This document shows positions 63,517-64,000 of a stretch of 64,000 nucleotides of DNA, in pieces. The notes under the pieces were generated by a model. That model had not been told where the DNA came from. It worked only from the letters and a program-made list of their open reading frames with translations, and ran no database searches. Within the stretch, counting starts at the first letter, position 1. Each line of letters starts with the position of its first letter. The position numbers and the translations under genes are program-made. Source of the stretch: Cystobasidiomycetes sp. EMM_F5 (taxonomy: Eukaryota); contig JBPGPT010000004.1 of NCBI GenBank assembly GCA_051047955.1, forward strand, positions 558,001-622,000, written 5' to 3'.

Positions 63517-64000
63517 TCATACCGTCTGAGGCCATTTGAACGTCGAAGGATGTGCCCACGGAAGGGGCTGATGTGACGGGCGATCCGAGTCGTCAGTGCG
63601 TGTTCCTAGCGCTTGACCGCTGCCATAGCGCGACCACGGGACTGTCGACGCCTGGTTCGTCTGCTGCAGCGGCGTACTGTATGTAGCATATGCAGCTGCA
63701 TTGTTGATGCCATATGTAGATGGTCCTCCAAGTTGACGACCGTCGCCGTAACCTTTCCATTGAGCTGCTGACAGTTGATTCTGTTGCTGAGGTGATAGTC
63801 TACCATTCAAGGCAGCTTGCTTGATGACGCTGTCACTGCGTGAGTTGGCTCCGTTCCCCTGGTTGAGTTGCGGGAGAGGGGCAGAGGTTTGCGCTGCTTG
63901 TGAGTGTCCAGTCGGAGAGCTTGCTGGCTTTCGCCTTGGGAAGAGATCTCGAGGCTCACCGGAACGAGCAAAAGCATCCCAGTTGAAAGCGTCCAAAATC
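63517..64000 (-). CDS. 3' end of an unknown Q/S/P-rich protein running off the window
   Basis: The frame is open from the window edge to the stop at 63517. It is low complexity with no recognisable domain. Confidence 0.5.
   Translation of the reverse strand, partial: ILDAFNWDAFARSGEPRDLFPRRKPASSPTGHSQAAQTSAPLPQLNQGNGANSRSDSVIKQAALNGRLSPQQQNQLSAAQWKGYGDGRQLGGPSTYGINNAAAYATYSTPLQQTNQASTVPWSRYGSGQALGTRTDDSDRPSHQPLPWAHPSTFKWPQTV

Noticed and set aside
63517..63996. ORF beginning MDAF, like basidiomycete pheromone precursors
   Set aside because: The start is TTG in a frame open to the window edge, and there is no CaaX ending.

Overview
A gene-dense, intron-rich eukaryotic window with short GT-AG introns of about 50-70 nt. 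Gene content and intron style point to a basidiomycete fungus, plausibly a Pucciniomycotina yeast (inference). About 29 protein-coding genes can be reconstructed by hand-splicing. Housekeeping genes: GST, nucleolin/NSR1-like, BSD protein, UPF0658, VPS4, ERG5, SPO11, L-type lectin, PRCC-like, AIM41-like, TMEM184/OST-alpha and HRD1. Signalling genes: group III hybrid histidine kinase, an HPt-domain protein, a RhoGEF and an MKK1-like MAPKK. There are also two clusters of secreted or surface proteins. The best candidate for a novel system is an intronless Ypd1-like HPt gene directly downstream of the group III histidine kinase. Its phospho-acceptor His is replaced by Gln (H64Q equivalent) and the Q86 position carries His, so it looks like a fungal pseudo-HPt or an HPt with a relocated phospho-site. 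Also notable is a large repetitive GPI-type protein whose CFEM domain is hidden across small exons and missed by the ORF track. It is transcribed divergently from a tandem triplet of unrecognised small secreted proteins. No rRNA, tRNA, CRISPR or intact transposon could be supported. Gene boundaries come from manual splice inference and are approximate.
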